Origin: an uncultured Planctomycetota bacterium
GTDB lineage: Bacteria > Planctomycetota > PLA2 > JAEUHO01
Reading direction: 5' to 3'
DNA length: 64,000 bases
NCBI GenBank assembly: GCA_963752285.1
Contig: CAVVXN010000005.1
Span: 1,184,001-1,248,000, forward strand
The notes beneath the pieces are model-generated. The model was not told where the DNA came from, ran no database searches, and was given only the letters and a program-made list of their open reading frames with translations. Shown one piece after another: positions 35,036 to 44,839 of the stretch; the stretch's first letter is position 1, and each line of letters starts with the position of its first letter. The translations under genes were made by a program, and so were the position numbers.

Positions 35036-38000
35036 ATGAAGCGCAACGTCCTCGTCCTATTCGTCGTCACCCTCGGCCTCTCGATCGCGGCCTGTCGCGG
35101 ACGACGGAGCCTCGTCGTGGAGGAGGCCCAGGCGCCCGAGGCGGCGCCGACCTCCGGCATGAAGAACCCGAAGGCCGGCGACGTCGAGGTGATCTCGCGC
35201 CGGCCGGTGCCCGCGCCGAACGCGCCGGCCGAGTCCGACGTCGTGGTGATCCCCGATCAGACCGCGCCGTCGTCGGGCGACGTCGCGATGGTGCCGGACG
35301 GCGGGCCGGCCGCCCAGCCGGCCGCCGCCGGCGACACGGACGAAAACGAGGCGGGCGAGAACGAAGCGGGCGAGCATGACGCGGGCGAGCCGGAAGCGGG
35401 CGAGGACGACGCCGGCGAGGCCCCGCCCGCCGGCGCAGCGCCCGCCGCGCCTTCCGGGGACGACGCCCAGCGTCTCCTCGACGAGGCGAAGAAGCGCGCG
35501 GCCGTGGAGGCGCAGAAGCGCGACGCGCTCGTGCAGAGCTTCCTGGTCAAGGCGAAGCAAGCCGAGGGCGACGGCGACCTCGACGCCGCCCGCGATCTCT
35601 ACGGCAAGGCCTTCGACCTCGACCCGACGAACGTCCAGGCGCGCGAGGGCGTCGAGCGCCTGACCATGGAGCGCCCGAGCACCGTCGGCGAGTTCCTCGG
35701 CCGCACGCGCACCGCCGAGACCGTACGGCGCGAGCAGGCCGCCGCCGAGGTCCGCACGTACCTCGAGCAGGGCCGCACGATGGAGGCGCGCGAGGACTAC
35801 GCGGGCGCCATCGACCAGTACCAGCGGGCCCTGGCGATCGTGTCCTGGTACACGGACCAGCGCGACTTCGGCGTCACGGCGGACAAGGTCCGGGACCTCA
35901 TCGAGAACGCGAAGTACAAGCGCGACCTCGCCGCGCGCGTCTCCCGCCAAGACCAGATCAAGGCGGCCCAGGCGGAGCGCGAGCAGGAGCTCGTCTCGGA
36001 GCGCGAGCGCCGCATGGGCAAGATCCGCGCCTACTTCGAGGAGGCGCACCGCGCGTTCCAGCGCGGCGACTACGCGCTCGCTCGGGAGTACGCGAAGCAG
36101 ATCCAGAAGCTCGACCCGCAGAACAACGACGCCGAGCGACTCGTGTGCATCTCGTACGACGCGCAGCACCTCGACGACAGCGAGCGCGCGCGCATGATGT
36201 TCGCCGACCAGTGGAAGGCGGTCATGGAGGACATGGACCGGTCCCTCCTCCCGCAGGTCGAGACGGTCCAGTTCCCGAGCGACTGGCTCGACACGATCGC
36301 GCAGCGCGGTCCGCCGGTCATCGGCGACGAGCAGGCCGAGCAGGACTCGAGCGTCGCCCAGATCCTGACCACCCTCGAGTCGAAGCGCGTGAAGGGGCTC
36401 AGCTGGGAGAACGCGAACCTCGACCAGGTCGTCTCCTACCTCCGCACGATCACGGGCCTCAACTTCTTCATCACCCCCACCGTCCGCGCCGAGAAGTTCG
36501 ACGAGGTCTCGGTGACCTTGAGCCTCGACGACGTCTCCGTGAAGACGATCCTCGACCTCATCACGTCCCAGCACGAGCTGAAGTGGGAGCCGAAGGACGG
36601 CGTCGTGCGGATCGCCACGGGGGGCGAGGTCCGCGGGGACATGCTCCTCCGGTTCTTCGACGTGAAGGACTTGAACGTCCAGATCCGCAACTTCATCGGG
36701 CAGGAGATCAACCTCACGCCCTCGAACTTCACCCCGCCGGAGCCGCCCGAGCTGCCCGAGCCCACCGCCATCTACCCGGCGGACGGTCTCGTCGAGCTCA
36801 TCCGCGAGACGATCGGCAGCGAGGGGACCTGGGACGAGCCCGCGTCGATCGACACGAGGAACGGCGTGATCATCGCGCGCAACACCACCCCCATCCTCGA
36901 GCAGGTTCAGAAGCTCCTCGACGAGCTGCGCCGCAACAGCGGCATGCTGGTCAACCTCGAGGTCCGCTTCCTGACGGCGGAGGACAACTTCCTCCGCGAC
37001 GTCGGCGTAGACGTGCGCGGCCTGGGCGACAACTCGCAGGGCGTCGGTCAGCCGGGTCTCGGCACGCAGGTCGTCCAGGACGACATCTTCTTCGGCACGA
37101 GCGCACAGCCCTACGGCGTTCCGTTCGGCGTCTTCCCCGAGCCGTCCTCGGGCGGCACCTCGCACGACGCGGGCATCTTCTACAACGACGGCGCCGACGG
37201 CGCGTACAGCGGGCGCGTCGAGAACCTCTACGACCTGCTGCTCGGCAACCCCGACGTGCTGACCAGCACGGGCGGCCTGTCGTTCCAGAACACGTTCCTC
37301 GACGACACGCAGGTCGAGGTCATCCTCCGCGCGGTCGAGAAGAGCGAGCGCATCCAGCGCATCACCGCCTCGCGCATCACGGTGTACGACACGCAGCGCG
37401 CCACGATCTCGGTCCTGAACCAGGTCGCATACGTGGCCGACTACGAGGTCGAGATCGCGCAGGCGTCGAACATCGCGAACCCGGTGATCCAGACGATCCA
37501 GGACGGCATCGTCCTCGACGTCCGCCCCGTCGTGTCCTCGGACCGTCGGTTCATCCTCCTCGAGCTCCGCCCCACGGTGGCGCTCCTCACCCGCCCGATC
37601 GCGACGTTCAGCACGTCGCTGGCGTCCGGCCCCGGTCCGGTGTCCTCGTCCGCCCCGGTCATCATCCAGATCCCGGAGCTCCTCGTGAGCCGTGTCCGGA
37701 CGACCGTGGCGATGCCCGACGGCGGCACGCTGCTCCTCGGCGGCCTCAAGTTCTACGAGCAGGTCCACGAGGACACGGGCATCCCGTTCCTCTCGGACAT
37801 CCCCGTGGTGTCGCTCCTCTTCTCGCGGAAGGGGACGTACACGAACCGCCGCGACCTCCTGGTCCTCATCACCGCGCACATCGTCCCGCTCGAGGAGCTC
37901 GAGCCGAAGGACGACCTCGAGATCCCGGCGGCCCCCATCACGGAGTGGACACCCGTCCAACCGGTCGACGGCGCTCCCTCTGCGCCCCCCGCGCCCGCCC

Positions 38001-38098
38001 CGTGCGCCCCCTGCGCGGCGGGGAACGGGATGGGCGGCCCCGTCCTCATGCCGGCGACCGGCGCCCCCGCCGGCCCGCCGCCGGTCGTCCGCCGCTGA
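35036..38098 (+). CDS. Secretin-like lipoprotein 1 (TPR/coiled-coil N-terminus + secretin domain)
   Basis: Lipobox IAAC (Cys20), TPRs, EVRFL...DVGVD, DGIVLDVRPVVS.DRR, PDGGTLLLGGL, IPFLSDIPVVSLLFS, DLLVLITAHI. Confidence 0.88.
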   Translation: MKRNVLVLFVVTLGLSIAACRGRRSLVVEEAQAPEAAPTSGMKNPKAGDVEVISRRPVPAPNAPAESDVVVIPDQTAPSSGDVAMVPDGGPAAQPAAAGDTDENEAGENEAGEHDAGEPEAGEDDAGEAPPAGAAPAAPSGDDAQRLLDEAKKRAAVEAQKRDALVQSFLVKAKQAEGDGDLDAARDLYGKAFDLDPTNVQAREGVERLTMERPSTVGEFLGRTRTAETVRREQAAAEVRTYLEQGRTMEAREDYAGAIDQYQRALAIVSWYTDQRDFGVTADKVRDLIENAKYKRDLAARVSRQDQIKAAQAEREQELVSERERRMGKIRAYFEEAHRAFQRGDYALAREYAKQIQKLDPQNNDAERLVCISYDAQHLDDSERARMMFADQWKAVMEDMDRSLLPQVETVQFPSDWLDTIAQRGPPVIGDEQAEQDSSVAQILTTLESKRVKGLSWENANLDQVVSYLRTITGLNFFITPTVRAEKFDEVSVTLSLDDVSVKTILDLITSQHELKWEPKDGVVRIATGGEVRGDMLLRFFDVKDLNVQIRNFIGQEINLTPSNFTPPEPPELPEPTAIYPADGLVELIRETIGSEGTWDEPASIDTRNGVIIARNTTPILEQVQKLLDELRRNSGMLVNLEVRFLTAEDNFLRDVGVDVRGLGDNSQGVGQPGLGTQVVQDDIFFGTSAQPYGVPFGVFPEPSSGGTSHDAGIFYNDGADGAYSGRVENLYDLLLGNPDVLTSTGGLSFQNTFLDDTQVEVILRAVEKSERIQRITASRITVYDTQRATISVLNQVAYVADYEVEIAQASNIANPVIQTIQDGIVLDVRPVVSSDRRFILLELRPTVALLTRPIATFSTSLASGPGPVSSSAPVIIQIPELLVSRVRTTVAMPDGGTLLLGGLKFYEQVHEDTGIPFLSDIPVVSLLFSRKGTYTNRRDLLVLITAHIVPLEELEPKDDLEIPAAPITEWTPVQPVDGAPSAPPAPAPCAPCAAGNGMGGPVLMPATGAPAGPPPVVRR
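35342..35416 (+). repeat. Five 15-bp degenerate tandem units encoding E-x-[E/D]-A-G
   Basis: gaaaacgaggcgggc gagaacgaagcgggc gagcatgacgcgggc gagccggaagcgggc gaggacgacgccggc. Confidence 0.85.
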
Positions 38099-38114
38099 GC
38101 GACGACGACTCGTC

Positions 38115-38151
38115 GAACCGGCCGGTCGCGCGACGCGCGACCGGCCGGTTC
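38115..38151 (+). terminator. 37-bp palindrome downstream of secretin 1 (terminator-like)
   Basis: gaaccggccggtcgcgcg-a-cgcgcgaccggccggttc has perfect 18-bp arms and is followed by cgtttcgtc. Confidence 0.7.
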
Positions 38152-38213
38152 CGTTTCGTCGGCGGAGCTCGGGGTCCATCCCGCCCGGCGCCGGCGCCGT
38201 TCGCATCCGCCCC

Positions 38214-38242
38214 TTGCGTGCGTTCCCCCGGGGGGCTACACT
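38214..38242 (+). promoter_or_regulatory. Sigma70-type promoter P1
   Basis: TTGCGT-N17-TACACT. Confidence 0.6.
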
Positions 38243-38420
38243 CCCGAGTGAGCCCATTCGTCCGACCCACGTGTGGCCTCGTCCCCCATCTGGCGCGCGT
38301 CCGGACCTCGAGGAGGGACCGGAGTTGCCGGTGCCGATGGCCGCCACGTACCGACGGGATGCATCCGCTCGACGCGTGTCCGATCGCGGCGGCGCCGAGT
38401 CGCAGGGCTTCCCGGTCGCG

Positions 38421-38449
38421 TTGACCACCGTGACGCCGGTCCCTAGAAT
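38421..38449 (+). promoter_or_regulatory. Sigma70-type promoter P2 for the TPR-exbBD genes
   Basis: TTGACC-N17-TAGAAT, 5/6 match at both hexamers, which is notable in GC-rich DNA. Confidence 0.75.
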
Positions 38450-38722
38450 CCAGCGCCCGCGGGCCCGGCATCCCTCGAAGGACCCGATCGGAACCGCGTC
38501 CTGGTCTCGCTACGCGCCCTGGGCGCGGAACCGGGGACCAGGTCGCACGACCCGATGCCGGACCCTCGGCCCAGTCCGGGTGCCCCGTCGGCGGAGGCCC
38601 GCCCTGGGGCGCCGTTCGCCCTCCGCCTCGGATTCCCCCCGCCGCCCCCGACCTCCCCTCGCACGCCTCCCCTCCTCTCGTACGCACCCGGTCCCAGGAA
38701 CCCCTCCGGAGGACGTCTCGTC

Positions 38723-41700
38723 ATGACCGACCCCCTCTCGACCGCCCCGCGCCGGGGACGCCGCCGGATCTCGCTCGCGCTGCTCCTCCTGCTCGCTGGC
38801 CTCCCGCTCCTGCCCGCCCGCGCGGGCCCGGACGACTTCGAGTTCGGCAAGGAGCTCGCGAAGGCACGCTACTTCGACTACGCGCGGGAGGTCTTCGACT
38901 CCATCCTGTCGAGCTCGAAGTCGAGCGACGAGTCGAAGGACGAGGCTCGGTACGGCATAGCGCTCCTGAAGCGCGAGGAGGCGATCGCGGCGACCGCGCG
39001 CCAGGACGCGAAGCAGGAGGAGATCCAGTCGCTCTTCGAGTCGGCCGCACAGGACATCGAGCAGTTCGTCAAGAAGAACCCGAGCAACAAGAACGCGGAC
39101 GCGGCCCGCCTCGACGTCGGCCAGACCCGCCTCGCGTTCGTCCAGTGGGCGCGCGAGATGCTCGAGGACCCGGGCGAGATCGCCGATCGGGGGTACGACG
39201 CCGACAAGCTCCGGGCCGCGGCCGCGGACAGCGTCAAGAGGGCCATCGAGTACTTCGGGGGGCTGAAGCCCGCCGATACCGCGTCGAACCCGACCCCCCT
39301 CCAGGAGCTGGCGAACTACTACTACGTCATCTCCCAGTACTACGCCGCGCTGGTCGAGCCGCCCTGCTCGCCGAGCGCGGTGAGCAGCTTCACGAATGCC
39401 TCGGAGCTGCTCGACAACTACATCATGCTGCACGAAGGTCAGCTCCTCGCCGTGTACGCGATGGACATCCTCGGCCTCGTCTGGTGGGAGCGGGCCCGCT
39501 GCGAGCCCAACGACGAGGAGAAGACGAAGGACTACAACCAGGCCTACGAGTGGTTCGAGGCGTGCATCAACACGCCCGACGATGGCCCCGAGTACCTGCA
39601 GGTCATCGCGAGCGGCTACTACCACCTCGGGGAAGCCGGCCTCGACGCCGGCCCGCGGCCCCGCGGCCCCGGCGGCGGGAACTTCGCCCGCGATGCGCTG
39701 ACCGAGCTCGAGAAGATGAACACGCAGCACCCGACGGTGTGGCGCACCGACAGCGGGCTCCGCGCGATGCTCGAGTGGGCGAAGCTCGAGTGCCAGCGCG
39801 GGAACGCCCGGAACGCCGTCGCCATTGCGAACGACGCCGGCGCGCGCGCGCGCCAGGCGAGCAAGCCCTTCATCGAGCGCACGGCGAACCGCCAGCTCAC
39901 GGAGTTCGTCTCCGGCGGGTGCGGCGGCTCGGTGACCGGCCTCGACCCCGAGGTGCTCGGCCGCGTCGCGCAGGACTTCATGGCGCGGAGCAAGTACCCC
40001 GAGGCGATCCGCGCGTACCGCGGCGTCATCGCCTCCACGCCCAACACCCCGGAGGCGTTCGTCGCCTACCGCTGGGACGCCTGGCTGGAGATCGCGCGCG
40101 CGTACCTCAAGATGGACGACTCCCTCGGCTACGCCCTCGCGCTGGAGGCCATCCACGAGGCCTGGATCGACCGCCGGATCCCCCACGACCCCGAGAGCGG
40201 TCCCGCCTATCCGAACGAGGAGAAGGCCGCGGGCGCGCGCAAGCGGTCCGCGCAAGCGATGGATCAGATCGCCCAGGCGACGGGCAGCGTCACCTTCCAG
40301 AACGAGGCGAAGGCGATGCTCGAGTCGCTCGGCCCGAGCTATCCCCACTCCGGCATCGTGGACACGGTCAACTGGAACCTGGGACTCCAGAAGTTCACGG
40401 CCGCGCAGCAGATGAAGAACGGCGGGCAGACGGGGTGGGAGAAGCCCCTCGACGAGGCGCGCCAGCGCTTCCGCGCCGTCGCCGTGGACGACAAGTCCGA
40501 GCACCAGGACGAGGCGTGGGTGATGCTCGTCCGGGTCGAGAGCCTGGCCGACATGTACGAGGACGAGATCAAGATCGCTGAGGAGGCGGAGGCGTTCTGG
40601 GAGACGCCCGGGCACAAGGCGCAGGAGGACCGGTTCCCGACGATTCGTGCGCGGCGCGAGAAGGCCCGGTCGGAGGTCACCTACTTCCGGGGCGACGCGC
40701 TGAGCAAGCTGAAGCGGCCCGAGGAGGTCGTGAAGACCCTCGACGGATACCTGGAGAGGTACCCCACGGCGGCGCGGCCCTTCCCCTCCACGTACGTGCT
40801 CTCGACCCTGATCTCGGCCTACCTCGACCTGGGGAACGTCGAGAAGGCCGACACGCTGTACCGGACCCTTCTGCGTCGCGACCCGGACTTCCCGTACCTG
40901 AGCGGGGTCACCTTCAAGTTCGCCGACCGCTACAACGAGGCGCGGAAGAAGATCGAGACGGACCTGAGGGACGTGAAGGTCCAGTTGAACAAGCTCGGGC
41001 CGAAGCTCCGCGGCGAGGTGCAGACCGTCCAGACCCTGAGCCTCAACATCGCGGACGTGAGGAACCGGGTCACGAAGCTCGAGAACGCCCTCGCCCTCCA
41101 CAAGCACAACAAGGAGCTCGAGAAGCGGGGCGAGCAGATCACGCAGGGCGTGAGCCCGGAGCTCCTCACCGCCGCGCTCGAGGAGGAGAAGACCCAGGCC
41201 CAGCACAAGGAGCTGGAGAGCCTCAAGGTGCAGGTCCAGAAGGCGACGGAGCAGCGCGACGCCGACCAGAAGAGCATCGACGAGCTCGGGACGCGTCGCC
41301 ACGACCTCGAGCAGCAGATCTACGAGCCCCTCACGAAGGCCGCCGGCTACTACAAGGCGTGGGACGACACCCTGAAGACGCTCAAGGCCGACCGCGACCC
41401 CGACAACCTCGCGGTCTTCGGCTACATGTTCTACACGGCGGCGAAGCTGCGCCCCGCCGTCGCCGACAACTGGGTGAACGCGCGCGCGTTCTACGAGGAC
41501 TACCTCGCGAGCCCGAAGATCAAGGCCAAGCCCGGGACGGACGACGACAAGCGCGCCGCCGAGGCCCGCCTCGGCGACATCCTGGTGAACCTCGCCGAGT
41601 CCGAGACGAACGCGACGAAGCGCCAGCAGGACGTCACGCGCGCCGTGGACCTCCTCCAGGGCTCGATCGCCAACGCGCCCGAGGACAACGACCTCGTGGT

Positions 41701-42529
41701 CAGCATGCTCGCCAACAAGGTGCTGGTCCTGGTGTTCAAGGACACCGCCGGCACCGAACAGAGGGTCTGGCGCTTTGCGATCCCGCTCCCCTCCGACGTC
41801 AAGGGCGTCCGGGACGCCGTCGCGAAGATCGACAACAAGCAGGCGAACCCCTACTACCCGAACTTCTCCGCGGGGCAGTCCCAGGAGGAGAGCCAGTGGA
41901 AGACCGCCGTGAGTCGCTTCAAGACCCGACTGACGGCGACGAACGACCGGGTGCTCGCCGGGTTCATCCCCCAGCCGGGGCAGACGCCGTTCGACCCCTC
42001 GCTCTATCGCTCTCTCGCCAACTCCGCTTCGGAGTTCCGCATGGCGCTCGCGTGGGCGCTCGCGAGGACGGGACGGAACGAGGACGTGCCGAAGGCCGTC
42101 AACCTCTTCAACACGTTCCTCAAGGCGCCCCTCGCGGCCGAGGAGGACAGCGAGGACTTCTGGCGCGCCAGCTACGGGTTGATGCGCGTCTACGTGGACT
42201 TTGCCGAGCGGGGCCTGGCGGCCGGCCAGCCGGGTCCGGAGGTCAAGGAAGCCCTGGACAGCGCCGGGAAACTGATCGTCCAGCGCCACGCCTTCTATCC
42301 GAGCTTCGGAGACTCGGTGCTGGACGACAGCTCCACCCGGTGGAAGGAGATGCTGACGCGTCTGAACGACCTTCGGCGCAAGGTCCGGCTCGACCCGGTC
42401 ACCCTCGTGAAGGCGGCCGCCCTGGACACCGCCCCCCCCAGCGACGGAGGCGAGAAGCCGTCCGGCGCGTCCGCCCCCGAGCCGGGTGCGTCCTCGACCG
42501 GCGAGACGCCCAGCGACGGGAACAAGTGA
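38723..42529 (+). CDS. Exported 1268-aa TPR/alpha-solenoid protein with internal long coiled coil
   Basis: GGAGG + ATG 38723, signal peptide ending ARA-G, TPR-like helices (KYPEAIRAYR, GNVEKADTLY), heptad-rich segment at about 40930-41330. Confidence 0.85.
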   Translation: MTDPLSTAPRRGRRRISLALLLLLAGLPLLPARAGPDDFEFGKELAKARYFDYAREVFDSILSSSKSSDESKDEARYGIALLKREEAIAATARQDAKQEEIQSLFESAAQDIEQFVKKNPSNKNADAARLDVGQTRLAFVQWAREMLEDPGEIADRGYDADKLRAAAADSVKRAIEYFGGLKPADTASNPTPLQELANYYYVISQYYAALVEPPCSPSAVSSFTNASELLDNYIMLHEGQLLAVYAMDILGLVWWERARCEPNDEEKTKDYNQAYEWFEACINTPDDGPEYLQVIASGYYHLGEAGLDAGPRPRGPGGGNFARDALTELEKMNTQHPTVWRTDSGLRAMLEWAKLECQRGNARNAVAIANDAGARARQASKPFIERTANRQLTEFVSGGCGGSVTGLDPEVLGRVAQDFMARSKYPEAIRAYRGVIASTPNTPEAFVAYRWDAWLEIARAYLKMDDSLGYALALEAIHEAWIDRRIPHDPESGPAYPNEEKAAGARKRSAQAMDQIAQATGSVTFQNEAKAMLESLGPSYPHSGIVDTVNWNLGLQKFTAAQQMKNGGQTGWEKPLDEARQRFRAVAVDDKSEHQDEAWVMLVRVESLADMYEDEIKIAEEAEAFWETPGHKAQEDRFPTIRARREKARSEVTYFRGDALSKLKRPEEVVKTLDGYLERYPTAARPFPSTYVLSTLISAYLDLGNVEKADTLYRTLLRRDPDFPYLSGVTFKFADRYNEARKKIETDLRDVKVQLNKLGPKLRGEVQTVQTLSLNIADVRNRVTKLENALALHKHNKELEKRGEQITQGVSPELLTAALEEEKTQAQHKELESLKVQVQKATEQRDADQKSIDELGTRRHDLEQQIYEPLTKAAGYYKAWDDTLKTLKADRDPDNLAVFGYMFYTAAKLRPAVADNWVNARAFYEDYLASPKIKAKPGTDDDKRAAEARLGDILVNLAESETNATKRQQDVTRAVDLLQGSIANAPEDNDLVVSMLANKVLVLVFKDTAGTEQRVWRFAIPLPSDVKGVRDAVAKIDNKQANPYYPNFSAGQSQEESQWKTAVSRFKTRLTATNDRVLAGFIPQPGQTPFDPSLYRSLANSASEFRMALAWALARTGRNEDVPKAVNLFNTFLKAPLAAEEDSEDFWRASYGLMRVYVDFAERGLAAGQPGPEVKEALDSAGKLIVQRHAFYPSFGDSVLDDSSTRWKEMLTRLNDLRRKVRLDPVTLVKAAALDTAPPSDGGEKPSGASAPEPGASSTGETPSDGNK

Positions 42530-42551
42530 CGGACCCTTGGAGCAGCCTCAA

Positions 42552-43901
42552 ATGACCCGCCTCGTCCTCTCGAGAGCCCTCCTCGGGGCCGGCCTCCTCG
42601 GCCTCTCGCTCGCGTCCGCCCGCCTCGCGCGCGCCGACGAGATCGTCTACCGGGACCCCGCGACCTGCGCCGAGAAGACGGCGAAGGGCGTGGAGGTCAC
42701 GTCGGAGACGTGGACGGAGATCCGCTACAAGGAGAAGTCGCGCGGTCCGGAGCTGTCGGTGCCGACCTCGCTGGTCGTGGACATCCAGCACGCGGACACG
42801 TCGCCCCAGGTGCAGAGCCTCCTGTCGGCGATCGCCGACGTGGAGCGCGCGCCGACGATCGAGACGGTGAACACCCTTCACGCGCTGTCCGGAGGCGGCT
42901 TCGAGCAGGACCTGAGCACCGGCGCCATGGTCTACAAGCCGTTCGGGGAGTCGGAGGGTTCGAAGCACCGTCCGCCGTGGCCCACCGAGTACGCGCACTT
43001 CTACTACGCGAAGGCCCTGTACCTCGTCGGCACCAAGACGAAGGACCCCGAGCTCCTCAAGCAGGCCTACCTGGCCCTCGTGGACCAGAAGGTGAAGGGG
43101 GCGGGAGGCAAGGACGTCCAGACCGGCGGGTTCCTCACCCGCTTCGAGGGCGGGAACAGCCGGTGGTACGCGGAGGCGACGACGATCGCCGCCAAGTGTC
43201 TCATCGGCCTCCAGCGCTACGACGAGGCGACGGCCCTCTTCAAGCAGCTCGAGGACAAGACCCTCGCCCTCGACATCGGCCCGGAGTGGGCCTACGAGGC
43301 GAAGATCGGACCGGCCGAGATCGCCGAGGCGCAGGGGAACGCCCAGAGCGCCATCAACGCCGCCATCGCGGCGACCAACTTCATGCAGCTCATGCTCAAG
43401 AACGAGGTGCGCGAGTGCGTGCGGCGCGAGCTGGGTCGGTACTACAGCCGGGCGCGCATGCGCGCCGCGTCGGTCATGCTCCGCGAGGCGGAGCGCAACA
43501 AGAACCCCTCGCAGTTCGCCGACCTGAGGAACTTCATCCAGGAGAGCACGCCCGAGGCGCTGCGCAAGCAGTTCTCCACCTTCACCCCCGAACAGATCGA
43601 CGCCATCGTCCAGGGCGCCATGGACCCCTACGTCCAGGCCGTGCTGAAGAACGGGCTCGGCTTCGCCTACCTCTCCGAGAAGCGGTACGACGACGCCGTC
43701 CTCGCGTTCCGGGCGGTGGCCGTGAAGTACTTCGAGGAGCCGGAGGAGCACGCCCGGGCGCTCCACTACCTGGCCCAGGCCGCCGACGAGGCCGCGAAGG
43801 CGGCCACCCGACCGGAGGCCAAGAAGCTCTACGAGGCGTGGCGGGACGCGGCGCGGGAGAGCCTCCGGAAGGAGCATCCCGGCTCCCCGTGGGTGAAATG
43901 A
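42552..43901 (+). CDS. Exported TPR protein
   Basis: Signal peptide ending ARA-D, RYDEATALF, GLGFAYL..KRYDDAVLAF..V.V.Y, ALHYLAQ, L..EHPGSPW (BamD/CpoB-like TPR ending). Confidence 0.85.
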   Translation: MTRLVLSRALLGAGLLGLSLASARLARADEIVYRDPATCAEKTAKGVEVTSETWTEIRYKEKSRGPELSVPTSLVVDIQHADTSPQVQSLLSAIADVERAPTIETVNTLHALSGGGFEQDLSTGAMVYKPFGESEGSKHRPPWPTEYAHFYYAKALYLVGTKTKDPELLKQAYLALVDQKVKGAGGKDVQTGGFLTRFEGGNSRWYAEATTIAAKCLIGLQRYDEATALFKQLEDKTLALDIGPEWAYEAKIGPAEIAEAQGNAQSAINAAIAATNFMQLMLKNEVRECVRRELGRYYSRARMRAASVMLREAERNKNPSQFADLRNFIQESTPEALRKQFSTFTPEQIDAIVQGAMDPYVQAVLKNGLGFAYLSEKRYDDAVLAFRAVAVKYFEEPEEHARALHYLAQAADEAAKAATRPEAKKLYEAWRDAARESLRKEHPGSPWVK

Positions 43902-43952
43902 GGCCGATGCGCCGGCGCCCCACCCCCCACCGTCCCGAAGCCCCGGAACATG

Positions 43953-43981
43953 TGGCACCGGACTCCGTCCGGCGGTACCCT
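43953..43981 (+). promoter_or_regulatory. Possible sigma70-type promoter for exbB
   Basis: TGGCAC-N17-TACCCT. AGGAG precedes ATG 44060. Confidence 0.35.
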
Positions 43982-44059
43982 TCCCGACTCGAAAACCAGC
44001 CCGTCCGAGCCCAGTCGCGGGAGGCCGGCGGGTTCCTTCTCTAGGAGCGGTCGCGCATC

Positions 44060-44767
44060 ATGACCAAGTCGCGCATCTTCACCCTCGCCTTGCTCGCGCT
44101 GGGGGGCGCCCTACTCCTCGCTTCACCGGCCCTGGCGCAGGAGGAGGAGAGCAGGAACGCCTTCTCTCACATCATCCAAGACGGCGGCCCCATCGGGATC
44201 GTCATCATCGTCCTCTCGGTCGCGACGCTCGCCCTGGTGATCGAGTACGGCGTCAACGTGCGCCGCGACAAGATCTGCCCCCCCGAGCTCGTGGACGAGC
44301 TCGAGGCGCTCCTCGAGGAGGAGGAGTACCAGGAGGCGCTCGAGCTCTGCGAGTCGGAGCCCAACTTCCTGACCAACTCCCTCGCCGCCGGCCTGCCCCG
44401 ACTGAACGAGGGGTACGCCAAGATGAAGGAGGCCATGGAGGCGCAAGCCGGGATCGAGGCGGTGAAGCTCCAGCAGAAGGTGGGCTGGATGCTCTTCCTC
44501 TCGAACGTGGCCCCCATGCTCGGCCTCTTCGGGACCGTGACCGGTATGATCTCGGCGTTCGACAAGATCGTCTCCCTCGGCGCGAAGGTCACGCCGAAGG
44601 ATCTCGCGGGCGGCATCTCGGCCGCGTTGATCACGACGTTCCTCGGTCTTCTCGTCGCGATCCCCGCCCTCTTTGCCTACCAGTACTTCCGCAACAAGGC
44701 GACCCGCATCTCGATCGACTTCGCGGGGATCCTGGAGGACATGACGGAACGATTCCGAAACCGCTAG
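44060..44767 (+). CDS. exbB: MotA/TolQ/ExbB proton channel protein
   Basis: APMLGLFGTVTGMISAF, LAGGISAALITTFLGLLVAIP. Confidence 0.93.
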   Translation: MTKSRIFTLALLALGGALLLASPALAQEEESRNAFSHIIQDGGPIGIVIIVLSVATLALVIEYGVNVRRDKICPPELVDELEALLEEEEYQEALELCESEPNFLTNSLAAGLPRLNEGYAKMKEAMEAQAGIEAVKLQQKVGWMLFLSNVAPMLGLFGTVTGMISAFDKIVSLGAKVTPKDLAGGISAALITTFLGLLVAIPALFAYQYFRNKATRISIDFAGILEDMTERFRNR

Positions 44768-44839
44768 CCGAACGCGGCCGCGGGTCCCGACCCCGATTCA
44801 CGTGCGCTGCTCGTCCGACCCGATGACCGGAGCCCCCCC

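Noticed and set aside
13101..35160. Apparent giant fusions in the ORF track (13101..16439, 24789..29984, 25535..32305, 31654..35160)
   Set aside because: Only the C-terminal parts are protein-like. Internal starts coupled to upstream stops explain them, so the starts were reassigned.
3300..35416. Short tandem repeats as CRISPR arrays
   Set aside because: They are in-frame 12- and 15-bp coding repeats without spacers, and no cas genes are present.
38450..38722. Cobalamin or c-di-GMP riboswitch ahead of the TPR-exbBD genes
   Set aside because: I could not find the B12-box or GEMM consensus elements by eye. Kept only as an unclassified structured-leader candidate.
43953..43968. TGGCAC upstream of exbB as a sigma54 -24 box
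   Set aside because: There is no GC at -12. It fits better as a weak -35 element 17 bp from TACCCT.
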